Source of the DNA: an uncultured Gammaproteobacteria bacterium
GTDB taxonomy: Bacteria; Pseudomonadota; Gammaproteobacteria; Ga0077536
DNA: 64,000 nt
NCBI GenBank assembly: GCA_938082545.1
Contig: CALKCL010000004.1
Span: 3,687 to 67,686 of the forward strand
Direction of reading: 5' to 3'
Shown: positions 29,009-38,731 of the stretch, in pieces
Layout of the letters: each line of letters begins with the position of its first letter
How positions within the stretch are numbered: the stretch's first letter is position 1
The notes under the pieces: model-generated
The model's input: the letters and a program-made list of their open reading frames with translations, nothing else
The model's database searches: none
Told to the model about the DNA's origin: nothing
Position numbers and translations under genes: made by a program

Positions 29009-31120
29009 ATGGATTTTGGAACCGAAAAAACTGCTCTAGATGCAAAAATAGTTACTACAATTGGAAACCCTAATACTGGCAAGAGCACACTTTTCAATCG
29101 ACTAACTGGGCTTAGACAGCAAGTCAGTAACTTCCCTGGAGTCACTGTAGAATATGCTAAAGGACGCCTGGCTCTGGAAGAGTTCCATCTAGAGCTTATA
29201 GACGTGCCTGGTACTTACTCTCTAACGGCACAATCACCTGATGAAATAGTAGCGGTGGACGTACTACAAGGCGCCGTGCCAGAGATACCTTTACCTGACG
29301 CCGTAATTATAGTGATAGATTCCACTAACCTTCGCCGTAATTTGTTTTTATGTACTCAAGTTTTAGAGGCAGGAATACCCGCTGTAATTGCTCTAAACAT
29401 GACCGACAGCTTACCTGCACTCGGTATCGAAATTAATTATCCTACCTTAGAAGAAATCCTAGGTATTCCTCTGATTCCTGTTAGCGCTTCCACAGGGGAT
29501 GGAATTGCAGATCTAAAAACGGCTGTCGTGAACACCTTACGTAAGCCAACACCGAACAGAGATTTGGCGATTTGTCCTGACATTGATAAGGCAATTGAGC
29601 AATTACTAAGTCTCTTCGCAAAGCACCAAGTTAGCTCCATAGAGATGCGACGTGCATTCATAGATAAAGATGGACTTGCCGACGAGCGGCTCTCTGGCAG
29701 ACTTGGGGAACCCTACTCCCAGTTGCGCGATGAATTACGTAGCGGGCTCGGAAAGGGAAGAAGTATCAGCGCCATAGAGGCAAGAGACAGATACAGCTGG
29801 ATAAATGCAGCGCTTAAAAAAGTACAATCAGTACAGGATCCAAACAAAAATAAAGCTGTAGAGGTTTTAGATCGGGTTTTAAATCAGCCTTTGATCGGTT
29901 CTCTTATTTTTGTTCTAACCATGGGTGCTGTATTTCAGGCGGTTTTTGCGTGGGCCTCTCCGTTGATAGAGCTCATAAATCTGGGAGTCGCAGCCCTTTC
30001 CCAAGTTAGTAGTGACTACCTTGGCGATGGGCTGATTTCAAGCTTCGTGAGTAATGGCTTGATTTCCGGCGTCGGTAGCGTGATCGTTTTCCTACCTCAA
30101 ATACTCATTTTATTTATATTCATAATTATATTGGAAGACACCGGCTATATATCACGAGCTGCTTTCCTAATGGATCGGGTAATGAGAGGAATGGGATTAT
30201 CAGGGCAAGCCTTTATCCCTATGCTATCCAGCTTTGCGTGTGCTGTCCCAGGAATAATGGGTACAAGAATTATGGCAGACCGTCACGACCGTCTTGCAAC
30301 AATATTAGCTGCTCCGTTTATGACTTGCTCGGCACGACTGCCAGTTTATTCCTTGTTGATAGGAACATTCATCCCTAACACCCATGTTTTTGGGGGTTTT
30401 ATTTACCTCCAAGGTCTGACACTACTATTCCTCTATCTATTAGGGATAGTAGGAGGTGGTATAACCGCATTAATTGTTAGTCTCCTCTTTTGGAAAAGGA
30501 AAAAATCAACATTTCTCCTAGAAATGCCTCCCTACCGACTTCCTAAACTCTCCAATGTGGCTATTAAACTTTACGGGCGTGCAGTAGTCTTCCTAAAAAG
30601 AGCCGGGACTATAATTTTCTCTGTCGCAGTATTGGTCTGGGTACTCGCTTCTTTCCCTATGGGCAATGGGACAAAAACGGAGATGCCACCATCTATATCT
30701 CACAGCTATCTTGGGCAGATGAGCAAAGCTGTTCATCCCCTCTTTGCTCCTCTAGGCTGGGATTGGAAAGTTACGGCTGGGGTGATAGCTTCGTTCCCCG
30801 CCCGCGAGGTCATCATAGCAGCACTGGCAACAATTTATGCCGTCGACTTATCATCGGATGGAAAAGCCACACCGCTTTCAGAGAAAATTAAAAATGCGAT
30901 GCACGAAAATGGTACTAAAGTCTATACCATACCTATGGTATTGGGCTTATTAGTCTTTTACGCTTTATGCCTCCAATGCATGGCTACCGTCGCAGTGATA
31001 AGGAAAGAAACTGAGACTTGGACATGGCCTATAATTTCGTGGGTATATATGACTTCTCTGGGCTATGGAGGAGCATTTCTGGTCTATCAGGTTGGAACCG
31101 CTATGGCCTGGGCAACTTAA
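29009..31120 (+). CDS. feoB: ferrous iron transporter B
   Basis: N-terminal G-domain (GNPNTGKSTLFN, DVPGTYS, NMTD) followed by a polytopic membrane domain. 703 aa. Confidence 0.9.
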   Translation: MDFGTEKTALDAKIVTTIGNPNTGKSTLFNRLTGLRQQVSNFPGVTVEYAKGRLALEEFHLELIDVPGTYSLTAQSPDEIVAVDVLQGAVPEIPLPDAVIIVIDSTNLRRNLFLCTQVLEAGIPAVIALNMTDSLPALGIEINYPTLEEILGIPLIPVSASTGDGIADLKTAVVNTLRKPTPNRDLAICPDIDKAIEQLLSLFAKHQVSSIEMRRAFIDKDGLADERLSGRLGEPYSQLRDELRSGLGKGRSISAIEARDRYSWINAALKKVQSVQDPNKNKAVEVLDRVLNQPLIGSLIFVLTMGAVFQAVFAWASPLIELINLGVAALSQVSSDYLGDGLISSFVSNGLISGVGSVIVFLPQILILFIFIIILEDTGYISRAAFLMDRVMRGMGLSGQAFIPMLSSFACAVPGIMGTRIMADRHDRLATILAAPFMTCSARLPVYSLLIGTFIPNTHVFGGFIYLQGLTLLFLYLLGIVGGGITALIVSLLFWKRKKSTFLLEMPPYRLPKLSNVAIKLYGRAVVFLKRAGTIIFSVAVLVWVLASFPMGNGTKTEMPPSISHSYLGQMSKAVHPLFAPLGWDWKVTAGVIASFPAREVIIAALATIYAVDLSSDGKATPLSEKIKNAMHENGTKVYTIPMVLGLLVFYALCLQCMATVAVIRKETETWTWPIISWVYMTSLGYGGAFLVYQVGTAMAWAT

Positions 31121-31208
31121 TATATAATATATCTAAAGGTTTGATAGAAATCAGACCTGTGTTCCCATATTATCCGTCTCGAGCTAACCAAATACCGGAG
31201 AATGAAAC

Positions 31209-32273
31209 ATGTTAGAAAGCACCGACGACCAAAGTATCGCCGGTTACAGTCCTTTGATCTCTGCAGCCGTGCTAATGGAAGAGCTGCCTACGTCAGAAGC
31301 TGCCTCTCATACTGTCGCAAGAGCTAGAACTCAAGCCAAAGCCATAATAGAGGGTTCAGACGATCGTCTCATGGTAGTCGTAGGGCCGTGTTCTATCCAT
31401 GACACAGCAGCAGCTCTAGAGTACGGATCCCGTCTAAAGGCTTTAGCCAGTTCTTATAGCGATGAGCTTTTGGTTATAATGCGGGTCTACTTTGAGAAAC
31501 CTCGAACAACAATAGGCTGGAAAGGCCTGATTAACGATCCTGGATTAGACAACACTTTTGATGTGAACAAAGGTCTGCGCATATCGAGACGCCTCTTGCT
31601 TGATCTTGCGGACGAGGGAATTCCAGCTGGTAGCGAATTTTTAGATGTCGTAACGCCGCAGTTTATAGCCGATTTAATATCCTGGGGGGCGATTGGGGCG
31701 CGTACAACCGAATCTCAAATACATCGCGAGTTAGCATCCGGCTCATCTATGCCCATCGGCTTTAAAAATGGGACAGATGGTAATATTCAAGTAGCTGTTG
31801 ATGCTATCGGAGCCGCGAAACACTGTCACCACTTCTTATCTATTACCAAGCATGGGCTGGCTGCAATAGTAGAAACTAAAGGGAACAAACACTGTCACGT
31901 TATTTTAAGAGGTTCCAATTCAGGTCCTAACTACGACAAAAAATCTGTTACTCAGACCGCTCATCTTCTCCAGAGCGCCGACTTGTCTAGCCGAATAATG
32001 ATAGATGCTAGCCATGGAAATAGCAGAAAAAACCACCTAGCCCAACCAAATGTCATTGAGGATATCTCTGCTCAGGTAGCGGAAGGCTCCCACGGGATTT
32101 TCGGAGTAATGATAGAAAGTCATCTAGAAGAAGGAAAGCAAAGCCATTCTAACCTTGATAGCCTTAAATACGGACAAAGCATCACAGATGCTTGCCTATC
32201 TTGGGGCCAAACTGAGCCTCTATTGGAAAAATTGGCCAATGCAGTAGTAACCAAGCGTAAAGAATCTAGATAG
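31209..32273 (+). CDS. 3-deoxy-7-phosphoheptulonate (DAHP) synthase, class I
   Basis: GPCSIHD, RVYFEKPRTTIGWKGLINDP, IGARTTESQIHRE and DASHGNS blocks. The isozyme (aroF/G/H) is not assignable. Confidence 0.9.
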   Translation: MLESTDDQSIAGYSPLISAAVLMEELPTSEAASHTVARARTQAKAIIEGSDDRLMVVVGPCSIHDTAAALEYGSRLKALASSYSDELLVIMRVYFEKPRTTIGWKGLINDPGLDNTFDVNKGLRISRRLLLDLADEGIPAGSEFLDVVTPQFIADLISWGAIGARTTESQIHRELASGSSMPIGFKNGTDGNIQVAVDAIGAAKHCHHFLSITKHGLAAIVETKGNKHCHVILRGSNSGPNYDKKSVTQTAHLLQSADLSSRIMIDASHGNSRKNHLAQPNVIEDISAQVAEGSHGIFGVMIESHLEEGKQSHSNLDSLKYGQSITDACLSWGQTEPLLEKLANAVVTKRKESR

Positions 32274-32299
32274 GAAAGATATAATCAGGGGAAATTGTC

Positions 32300-33328
32300 A
32301 TGAGTAGTGCGAAAAATCTAGACTTTGGTCTCTGGTACTCATTTCGAAACCCCGAACAGTGGCGAACAGATTATCATGATCTATACCAAGACCATTTAAA
32401 CCAAATAATACAGTGTGAACATTTGGGGTACGACGACGTGTGGCTTACCGAGCACCATCTTTGCGAGGATGGTCACTCTCCGTCCATTCTACCTTTGGCA
32501 TCAGCTATTGCTGTATTAACCAAAAAAATACGTATCGGAACAGGAGTGCTCTTGCTACCGCTTCATAACGCAGTGCGGATAGCCGAGGACACAGCTACTA
32601 TTGATATCCTGTCAAACGGCAGATTTGAACTAGGTGTTGGTATTGGATACAGACCACAGGAATTTGAAGCGTTAGGTGTCAGCCTTTCTGACAGAGCCTC
32701 CTTGATAAACGAAGGACTACAAGTCATAAAAGAGCTTTGGACAGAGAAGCTCGTCAATTTTGAAGGCAAACATTACTCTTTAAAAAATGCTTTTCTCGAG
32801 CCTAAACCGGTACAAAAACCCTCTCCACCTTTGTGGGTCGGTGGTTTCGCACCTGCTGCGGCTAAAAGGGCCGCTCGTCTCGGAGATGGGTATATAGGTA
32901 CAGGAGAAATGACTGAGCAAGCCAAAATTTTCCGTGATGAATGGCATCGACTTGACCGGACCGGGAAGCCCCAACTCGCGGGGGGGCATTTTTGGCTAGT
33001 AGCCAGCAAAACTCCAGACAAAACTTTTTCGGAAATCGCCCCACACGTGCTATATCAGATTGAAACCTACAACAAATGGCTTGGTGAAGCCGGCCAAGCT
33101 CTATTTCCAGTGGTAAAAACACCGGACGATCTCAAGGAGTTGGGAATACTAAACTGTGTTTCTTCTCAGCATGCCTGTGATTTAATTGGTGATTACGTAG
33201 AAAGCACTGGAATACAAAGATATTATACTTGGACTGTCCCACCAGGATATTCTGTCACTAAGATGACAGAGCATCTGTCCTTATTTGCTGAGGAAGTAAT
33301 GCCACACTTCAAACCACAAAAATCCTAG
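32300..33328 (+). CDS. luciferase-like (LLM) flavin-dependent oxidoreductase
   Basis: GYDDVWLTEHH, DILSNGRFELGVGIGY and PLWVGG blocks. Clear paralogue of the 47065-48084 gene. Confidence 0.8.
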   Translation: MSSAKNLDFGLWYSFRNPEQWRTDYHDLYQDHLNQIIQCEHLGYDDVWLTEHHLCEDGHSPSILPLASAIAVLTKKIRIGTGVLLLPLHNAVRIAEDTATIDILSNGRFELGVGIGYRPQEFEALGVSLSDRASLINEGLQVIKELWTEKLVNFEGKHYSLKNAFLEPKPVQKPSPPLWVGGFAPAAAKRAARLGDGYIGTGEMTEQAKIFRDEWHRLDRTGKPQLAGGHFWLVASKTPDKTFSEIAPHVLYQIETYNKWLGEAGQALFPVVKTPDDLKELGILNCVSSQHACDLIGDYVESTGIQRYYTWTVPPGYSVTKMTEHLSLFAEEVMPHFKPQKS

Positions 33329-33345
33329 ACTCTTGTCATAACTTA

Positions 33346-34590
33346 CTAAGAAGAGACAGTTGGCGTGGCCTTAGCAAAAGCTGCAATTTCAGCAACTGTC
33401 ATCCTTTTAAGTATACCGGTTTCATCAGCCATTTTTCTTTGCAATATTTTGCGGGCTGCCATATGCATGACTGGATGGTTAATTGAGTCTACCCCTAACA
33501 GTTCATCCCCTTTAAAATAAAAGAATGAAAAGCTATTCTCGTTTTTCCCACATAAACGGACATGATTATCATAATCGGCAGTAACACCCGCTATCTGTAA
33601 TGTCACATCGTATTGATCAGACCAAAACCACGGCACTCGATCGTACGTCTGATTACCTCCTAACATACTAGATGCGGCAACCTTAGCCTGATCAACGGCA
33701 TTTTGAATAGATTCAAGCCTGATAGTTTTTTGCAGAAACTGATTTTGGTGCATAGTGCAATCCCCAGCTGCTACGATGTTCGCATCGCTGGTCAAGCATT
33801 TTTCGTTCACTAGAATACCGTTAGCACATTCCAATCCAGCGCTCTCGGCTATCTCTGAATTTGGCACCACACCGATGCCAACTAATACAATATCAGCGGT
33901 AATGGACTGACCAATTTTTGGCACCACAGTCAAACCATGCTGATGTTGTTCCAAATGGGATATCTCGCATCCAATCCTCACATCAACCCCTTTTTCTCTG
34001 TGGAGAGAAAGATAATACTCTGAAAGATCGGGGGAAATCGCGCGCTTCATTAAACGCTCTGAGCCTTCCACAACACTTACTTTTTTACCCATTTTACAAG
34101 CCATTGCACCAGCTTCAAGGCCTATGAAACCTCCTCCCACCACTACCATGCTCTTCGCTGTCTGAAGCCGTTCTCTTAAATTTAAGCTATCAGCAAGCGT
34201 CCTGATATAGCAAACGTCCGGCGAATCCGACCCTACGCACCGTAATGCTCTTACTCGGGCACCAGTCGCTAAGGCAAGTTTCGAATACTTTAAGGTACGG
34301 CCGGATCTAAGCGATACAGTGCATCGCGACGCATCTAGCTTCTCGACAGCATCATCCAAAGTAAGCTCCACACCTAGCTTTTCAAAATACTCTGCTTTAC
34401 GGTACAGCAACCTCTCTGGGTCCAGATCACCTAACAGAAATTCTTTACTAAGCGGTGGCCTCTGATAAGGCAGGCTACTCTCGTCGCCGATTAGGATCAG
34501 GCGACCTTCAAACCCACTTGCGCGAAGGGCTGTGCAGATCTGCAACCCTGCCTGACCGGCGCCAACCACAATAAAAATTTCTTTTGGCAT
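33346..34590 (-). CDS. FAD-dependent ferredoxin--NAD(P)+ reductase (putidaredoxin-reductase type)
   Basis: VVGAGQAG and VVGGGFIGLE dinucleotide motifs, PPLSK, AAGDC. 414 aa. Confidence 0.8.
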   Translation of the reverse strand: MPKEIFIVVGAGQAGLQICTALRASGFEGRLILIGDESSLPYQRPPLSKEFLLGDLDPERLLYRKAEYFEKLGVELTLDDAVEKLDASRCTVSLRSGRTLKYSKLALATGARVRALRCVGSDSPDVCYIRTLADSLNLRERLQTAKSMVVVGGGFIGLEAGAMACKMGKKVSVVEGSERLMKRAISPDLSEYYLSLHREKGVDVRIGCEISHLEQHQHGLTVVPKIGQSITADIVLVGIGVVPNSEIAESAGLECANGILVNEKCLTSDANIVAAGDCTMHQNQFLQKTIRLESIQNAVDQAKVAASSMLGGNQTYDRVPWFWSDQYDVTLQIAGVTADYDNHVRLCGKNENSFSFFYFKGDELLGVDSINHPVMHMAARKILQRKMADETGILKRMTVAEIAAFAKATPTVSS

Positions 34591-34599
34591 GAAAGGTTA

Positions 34600-34923
34600 C
34601 TAAATTTGGCTCTCAGGAATCAAAACAACCAGATCTTTAGATCCCTCAGACATCCGAAGTTGACAGCTCAATCGTGACTCTGGTCTGCGCTCTGAAGACA
34701 CACACTCCAACATGTCCGCTTCCATGTCGCTAACCTCATCAAGACCGGATAGCTCCAACTCTTCCACATAAACGTGACATGTAGCGCAAGCACACCCGCC
34801 TCCACACTCCGCTAGAAGTCCGTTGATATCATTCTGCATCGCAGCTTCCATCAGGCTCCAACCATCAGGAACTTCTATAGTCGATTCCACGCCGTCAGGC
34901 TGTCGAAATGTTACTTTAGTCAT
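34600..34923 (-). CDS. [2Fe-2S] ferredoxin, adrenodoxin/putidaredoxin type
   Basis: 107 aa. CGGGCACATCH...LSCQ cysteine pattern. Confidence 0.85.
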   Translation of the reverse strand: MTKVTFRQPDGVESTIEVPDGWSLMEAAMQNDINGLLAECGGGCACATCHVYVEELELSGLDEVSDMEADMLECVSSERRPESRLSCQLRMSEGSKDLVVLIPESQI

Positions 34924-34931
34924 TATACATC

Positions 34932-36569
34932 CTACATATTGGGGTAATTCGGCCCACCTCCTCCTTCAGGAGTGACCCAGTGAATATTCTGGGTAGGGTC
35001 TTTAATATCGCAAGTCTTACAGTGCACGCAATTTTGTGCGTTGATTTGCAGTCGAGTACCGTCGTCGTCTTGCACATACTCATAAACACCGGCCGGACAA
35101 TATCTCTCTTCGAGTCCTGCATAGAGTTTGTGATTAACCCGAGCAGGCACAGTGGAATCCTTCAAGGTCAAATGGACTGGCTGTCCTTCTTGGTGGTTAG
35201 TATTTGAAAGGAAAACCGACGAGAGCTTATCAAATGTCAAAACTCCATCCGGTTTTGGGTACTCGATTGGTTTGCAGTCTGCCGCCAGTTTCAAACTAGT
35301 GTGGTCCGAGTGATGCTTAAAAGTCCAAGGAGCTTTCCCTCTGAATAGGTAAGTATCAACCGCTGAGTAAAGCATTGCTGGAAACAACCCCCAATGGAAT
35401 GCGGGTTTTATATTTCTGACGCGATACAATTCCTCCCACAACCAAGATTTTTTTAGATTGTTTCCATAATCTGCAACTTCTGCTTTTTTAGTACGGCAGT
35501 CTTCTAGAGAAGAATAAACCGATTCAGCCGCAGTTATTCCCGATTTCATTGCCGTATGCGAACCCTTAATTTTCGGCAAATTAAGAAACCCCGCTGTATC
35601 TCCAACCAACATTCCACCAGGAAATGTTAATTTGGGAATAGACTGAAACCCACCAGCACTTATTGCTCTAGCGCCATAAGAAATTCTGCGCCCGCCTTTC
35701 AACACATCTCTAATCACTGGATGGGTTTTAAATCTCTGCATTTCTTCAAAAGGACTTAAAAAAGGATTCGAGTAATTTAAACCAACCACAAAACCAATCG
35801 ATACTAAATTATCTTCAAAATGATACATCCAAGAACCGCCATACGTATCCGACTTCATAGGCCAACCGGCGGTATGGGTTATTTGCCCTGACACAAAATT
35901 AGAACTGTCAATTTCCCAGAGCTCTTTTACCCCGATGCCATAAACTTGCGGCTGAGCATCCGCCCGCAGTTCGAAACGCTCGGAGACTTCTTTAGTCAAA
36001 GATCCCCTACAGCCTTCTGCAAAAATTGTTTGGTGAGCATGTAACTCAATTCCTCTTTCAAAGGCAGGCCCTTCTGTCCCATCAGCTTTGAGTCCCATAT
36101 CTCCAGTTGCAACCCCTTTCACCGCTCCACTTTCATCGTACAAAACTTCGGCTGCGGCAAAGCCTGGATAAACCTCAACCTCGAGCTCTTCAGCTTGCTC
36201 CGCAAGCCATCGACAAACATTTCCAAGGCTAGCGATATAATTACCTTTGTTGTGCATTTGCGGGGGAGTCGGCAGCCGAAAAGAGCGTTTTTCCGACAAA
36301 AATAGAAAACGGTCATCTACCGCGGGAGTTTTTAATGGCGCCCCTCTATCTTTCCAATCCGGGAAGAGCTCCTCGAGTGCTCTGGGCTCAATAACGGCAC
36401 CAGACAAAATATGCCCTCCTATTTCGGAGGCTTTCTCGAGGACGCACACAGAAACATCAGAGTTGCTGGCGGCCGCAAGTTGCTTGAGGCGAATAGCCGC
36501 GGCGAGTCCAGAGGGCCCACCTCCTACAATCACCACATCAAACTCCATAGATTCTCTTTCCATGTTCAA
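34932..36569 (-). CDS. electron-transfer flavoprotein:ubiquinone oxidoreductase
   Basis: DVVIVGGGPSGLAAA at the N-terminus and a C-terminal 4Fe-4S region (CPAGVYE...CVHCKTCDIKDP). 545 aa. Confidence 0.9.
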   Translation of the reverse strand: MNMERESMEFDVVIVGGGPSGLAAAIRLKQLAAASNSDVSVCVLEKASEIGGHILSGAVIEPRALEELFPDWKDRGAPLKTPAVDDRFLFLSEKRSFRLPTPPQMHNKGNYIASLGNVCRWLAEQAEELEVEVYPGFAAAEVLYDESGAVKGVATGDMGLKADGTEGPAFERGIELHAHQTIFAEGCRGSLTKEVSERFELRADAQPQVYGIGVKELWEIDSSNFVSGQITHTAGWPMKSDTYGGSWMYHFEDNLVSIGFVVGLNYSNPFLSPFEEMQRFKTHPVIRDVLKGGRRISYGARAISAGGFQSIPKLTFPGGMLVGDTAGFLNLPKIKGSHTAMKSGITAAESVYSSLEDCRTKKAEVADYGNNLKKSWLWEELYRVRNIKPAFHWGLFPAMLYSAVDTYLFRGKAPWTFKHHSDHTSLKLAADCKPIEYPKPDGVLTFDKLSSVFLSNTNHQEGQPVHLTLKDSTVPARVNHKLYAGLEERYCPAGVYEYVQDDDGTRLQINAQNCVHCKTCDIKDPTQNIHWVTPEGGGGPNYPNM

Positions 36570-36605
36570 GCCTTCGAATTAGAGTCTTTGAAAAAACATT
36601 TAGCT

Positions 36606-37541
36606 TTAGTCGTCGAGAGCTTCGACCATCGCAGGAACTTCTTTGAACAAGTCCCCTACTAAACCGTAATCTGCAACTCCAAAAATTGGCGCCTCTTCAT
36701 CTTTATTTATAGCAACAATTACTTTCGAGTCCTTCATCCCGGCTAAGTGCTGAATAGCTCCCGAAATACCAATCGCGACATAGAGATCTGGAGCAACTAC
36801 TTTCCCAGTCTGACCCACTTGGTAATCGTTAGGAACATAACCTGCATCTACTGCCGCTCTAGATGCGCCTACAGCGGCGCCTAATTTATCCGCTAACGCT
36901 TCAATTATTGAGAAGTTTTCACCACTGCCCATCCCCCGGCCACCAGAAACAATAATATTTGCAGCAGCAAGCTCCGGTCGATCAGATTTAGTCAACTCTT
37001 CCGAGATAAACGTCGCCAAACCGCTTTCTGATGCTGCCTCGATCATCTCGATAACAGCTGTACCTCCCGTCTCGCTAGCAGCATCAAAACCAGTGGTACG
37101 AACTGTGATCACTTTTTTGTCGTCTGTAGCTTGAACCGTTGCGATAATATTTCCAGCATAAATAGGACGTGTGAATGTATCAGACGATAATACGCTTATT
37201 ATGTCTGATATTTGACCCGCATCTAGTAATGCTGCGACCCGAGGCATTACGTTTTTACCGGTTGTGGTCGCTGCAGCTAAGAAATGTTCATAATCTCCCG
37301 CCATATTTACTATCAAACTGGCTAGATCTTCTGCTAAAGAATGTGCATAACAAGAAGAGTCAGCACATATGACCTTACGTATGCCCTTAATTTCCGAAGC
37401 GCTTTTTGCAACTTCAGAACAGTCCAAGCCTGCTACCAAAATATCAATATCGCCGCCTATTTCCAAAGCGGCGCTCACTGCATTAAGTGTCGCCCCCCCG
37501 AGAGCCGAGTTATTGTGTTCAGCTAATACCAATACTGCCAT
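36606..37541 (-). CDS. etfA: electron transfer flavoprotein subunit alpha
   Basis: C-terminal FAD-binding block VSGGRGMGS...GASRAAVDAGY.PND.QVGQTGK.VAP.LY.A.GISGAIQH. Confidence 0.9.
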   Translation of the reverse strand: MAVLVLAEHNNSALGGATLNAVSAALEIGGDIDILVAGLDCSEVAKSASEIKGIRKVICADSSCYAHSLAEDLASLIVNMAGDYEHFLAAATTTGKNVMPRVAALLDAGQISDIISVLSSDTFTRPIYAGNIIATVQATDDKKVITVRTTGFDAASETGGTAVIEMIEAASESGLATFISEELTKSDRPELAAANIIVSGGRGMGSGENFSIIEALADKLGAAVGASRAAVDAGYVPNDYQVGQTGKVVAPDLYVAIGISGAIQHLAGMKDSKVIVAINKDEEAPIFGVADYGLVGDLFKEVPAMVEALDD

Positions 37542-37542
37542 T

Positions 37543-38295
37543 TCAAATCACCTTTGCTTCGTTTCGAAGTTTATCTATTAATTGATTAACATCCTCGACT
37601 TTCACACCGCTATCTCTAACAGGGGGCTCAGAAACTTTAAGCACCTTGATTCGTGAGGTTATGTCTACCCCAAGCTCATCAGGAGTGAACGTATCGAGTT
37701 GTTTCTTTTTGGCTTTCATGATGTTCGGCAACTTCACATACCTAGGCTCATTCAGTCGCAGATCGGACGTTATTATCGCAGGCATTTTCAGATCTAAAGT
37801 CTGTATTCCGCCGTCGACCTCTCTTCTGACAGTAACTAAGCTATTACCTTTGAGCTCAACGCCACATGCAAATGTTCCTTGAGACCACCCTAATAATGCC
37901 GACAGCATTTGTCCCACCTGATTAGAGTCATCATCAATCGCCTGTTTCCCTAGCAGAACTAAGTCTGGCTCTTCTTTGTCGACAATAGCTTTCAGAGCTT
38001 GTGCGACTGCTAATGGCTGCGTCTCTTCCTCAGTCTCGACCAATATACCTCTGTCTATTCCCATAGCCATGGCTGTTCGTAACGTCTCCTGGCACTGTTT
38101 TACACCAATAGAAACTGCTACCGTTTCCGTCGTCGCCTCAGCCTCTTGAATTCTAATCGCCTCTTCTACAGCTATCTCATCAAAAGGATTCATAGACATT
38201 TTGACGTTTGCTAGCTCCACTCCAGATCCATCTGATTTAGGACGCGCTTTTACGTTGTAATCAATAGCACGCTTTACTGCGACTAAAATCTTCAT
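37543..38295 (-). CDS. etfB: electron transfer flavoprotein subunit beta
   Basis: [14 protein letters not shown]...[11 protein letters not shown]. Start set to ATG 38295; the track's 40 extra N-terminal residues have no ETF counterpart. Confidence 0.9.
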   Translation of the reverse strand: MKILVAVKRAIDYNVKARPKSDGSGVELANVKMSMNPFDEIAVEEAIRIQEAEATTETVAVSIGVKQCQETLRTAMAMGIDRGILVETEEETQPLAVAQALKAIVDKEEPDLVLLGKQAIDDDSNQVGQMLSALLGWSQGTFACGVELKGNSLVTVRREVDGGIQTLDLKMPAIITSDLRLNEPRYVKLPNIMKAKKKQLDTFTPDELGVDITSRIKVLKVSEPPVRDSGVKVEDVNQLIDKLRNEAKVI

Positions 38296-38592
38296 GTAAG
38301 TCTCCAAATTAAAAGAAAAACCGTGTTTTAATCCAGTTAAGAGATTATACGACACTTTAAACTCCGTAGATCTCTTACAGAGGTTTTTCTGGCTCACGAA
38401 TCTTGAATATATCATTGGCCGAGAATATCAAAACTTTATATGGTTTAAACTTTTAAACATACAAAATAAATTGGATTCAAACCGACCTGCGTCATATTAC
38501 CAATAAAGAGGACAGCAAAAAAGTCATAACTTGAAAGCCAAGCTTTTTTCTTGAATTTCCTCAATAGTCACTAGCTCTCTTCTTGCCGAAAC

Positions 38593-38622
38593 TTGAGTTT
38601 TGTGAAAATATTAACTTAGAAT
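38593..38622 (+). promoter_or_regulatory. candidate sigma70 promoter (TTGAGT-N18-TAGAAT)
   Basis: Within the 436-nt AT-rich etfB/gcdH divergent region, about 110 nt upstream of gcdH. Confidence 0.25.
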
Positions 38623-38731
38623 TCAAGTAAGCCTAAATCAAAAAAATGTTACAATAAAGCTATAAAATACAGATCAACTATATTGGCAATAATTCATTCA
38701 TTTCTAAAACTACTTCCCATAAAGGATTCAA

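Noticed and set aside
31018-31215. A 65-aa ORF spanning the feoB 3' end and the feoB/DAHP-synthase intergenic region.
   Set aside because: It overlaps feoB out of frame, has no RBS and no recognisable sequence features. It is most likely non-coding.
38296-38415. N-terminal extensions in the ORF track for etfB (40 aa), the RRM gene (39996-40094), the ACAD at 45786-45869, the VOC gene, DUF1329, msrA and the thiolase.
   Set aside because: In each case an internal ATG with a good Shine-Dalgarno sequence coincides with the start of homology to the protein family. The upstream residues look non-protein-like.
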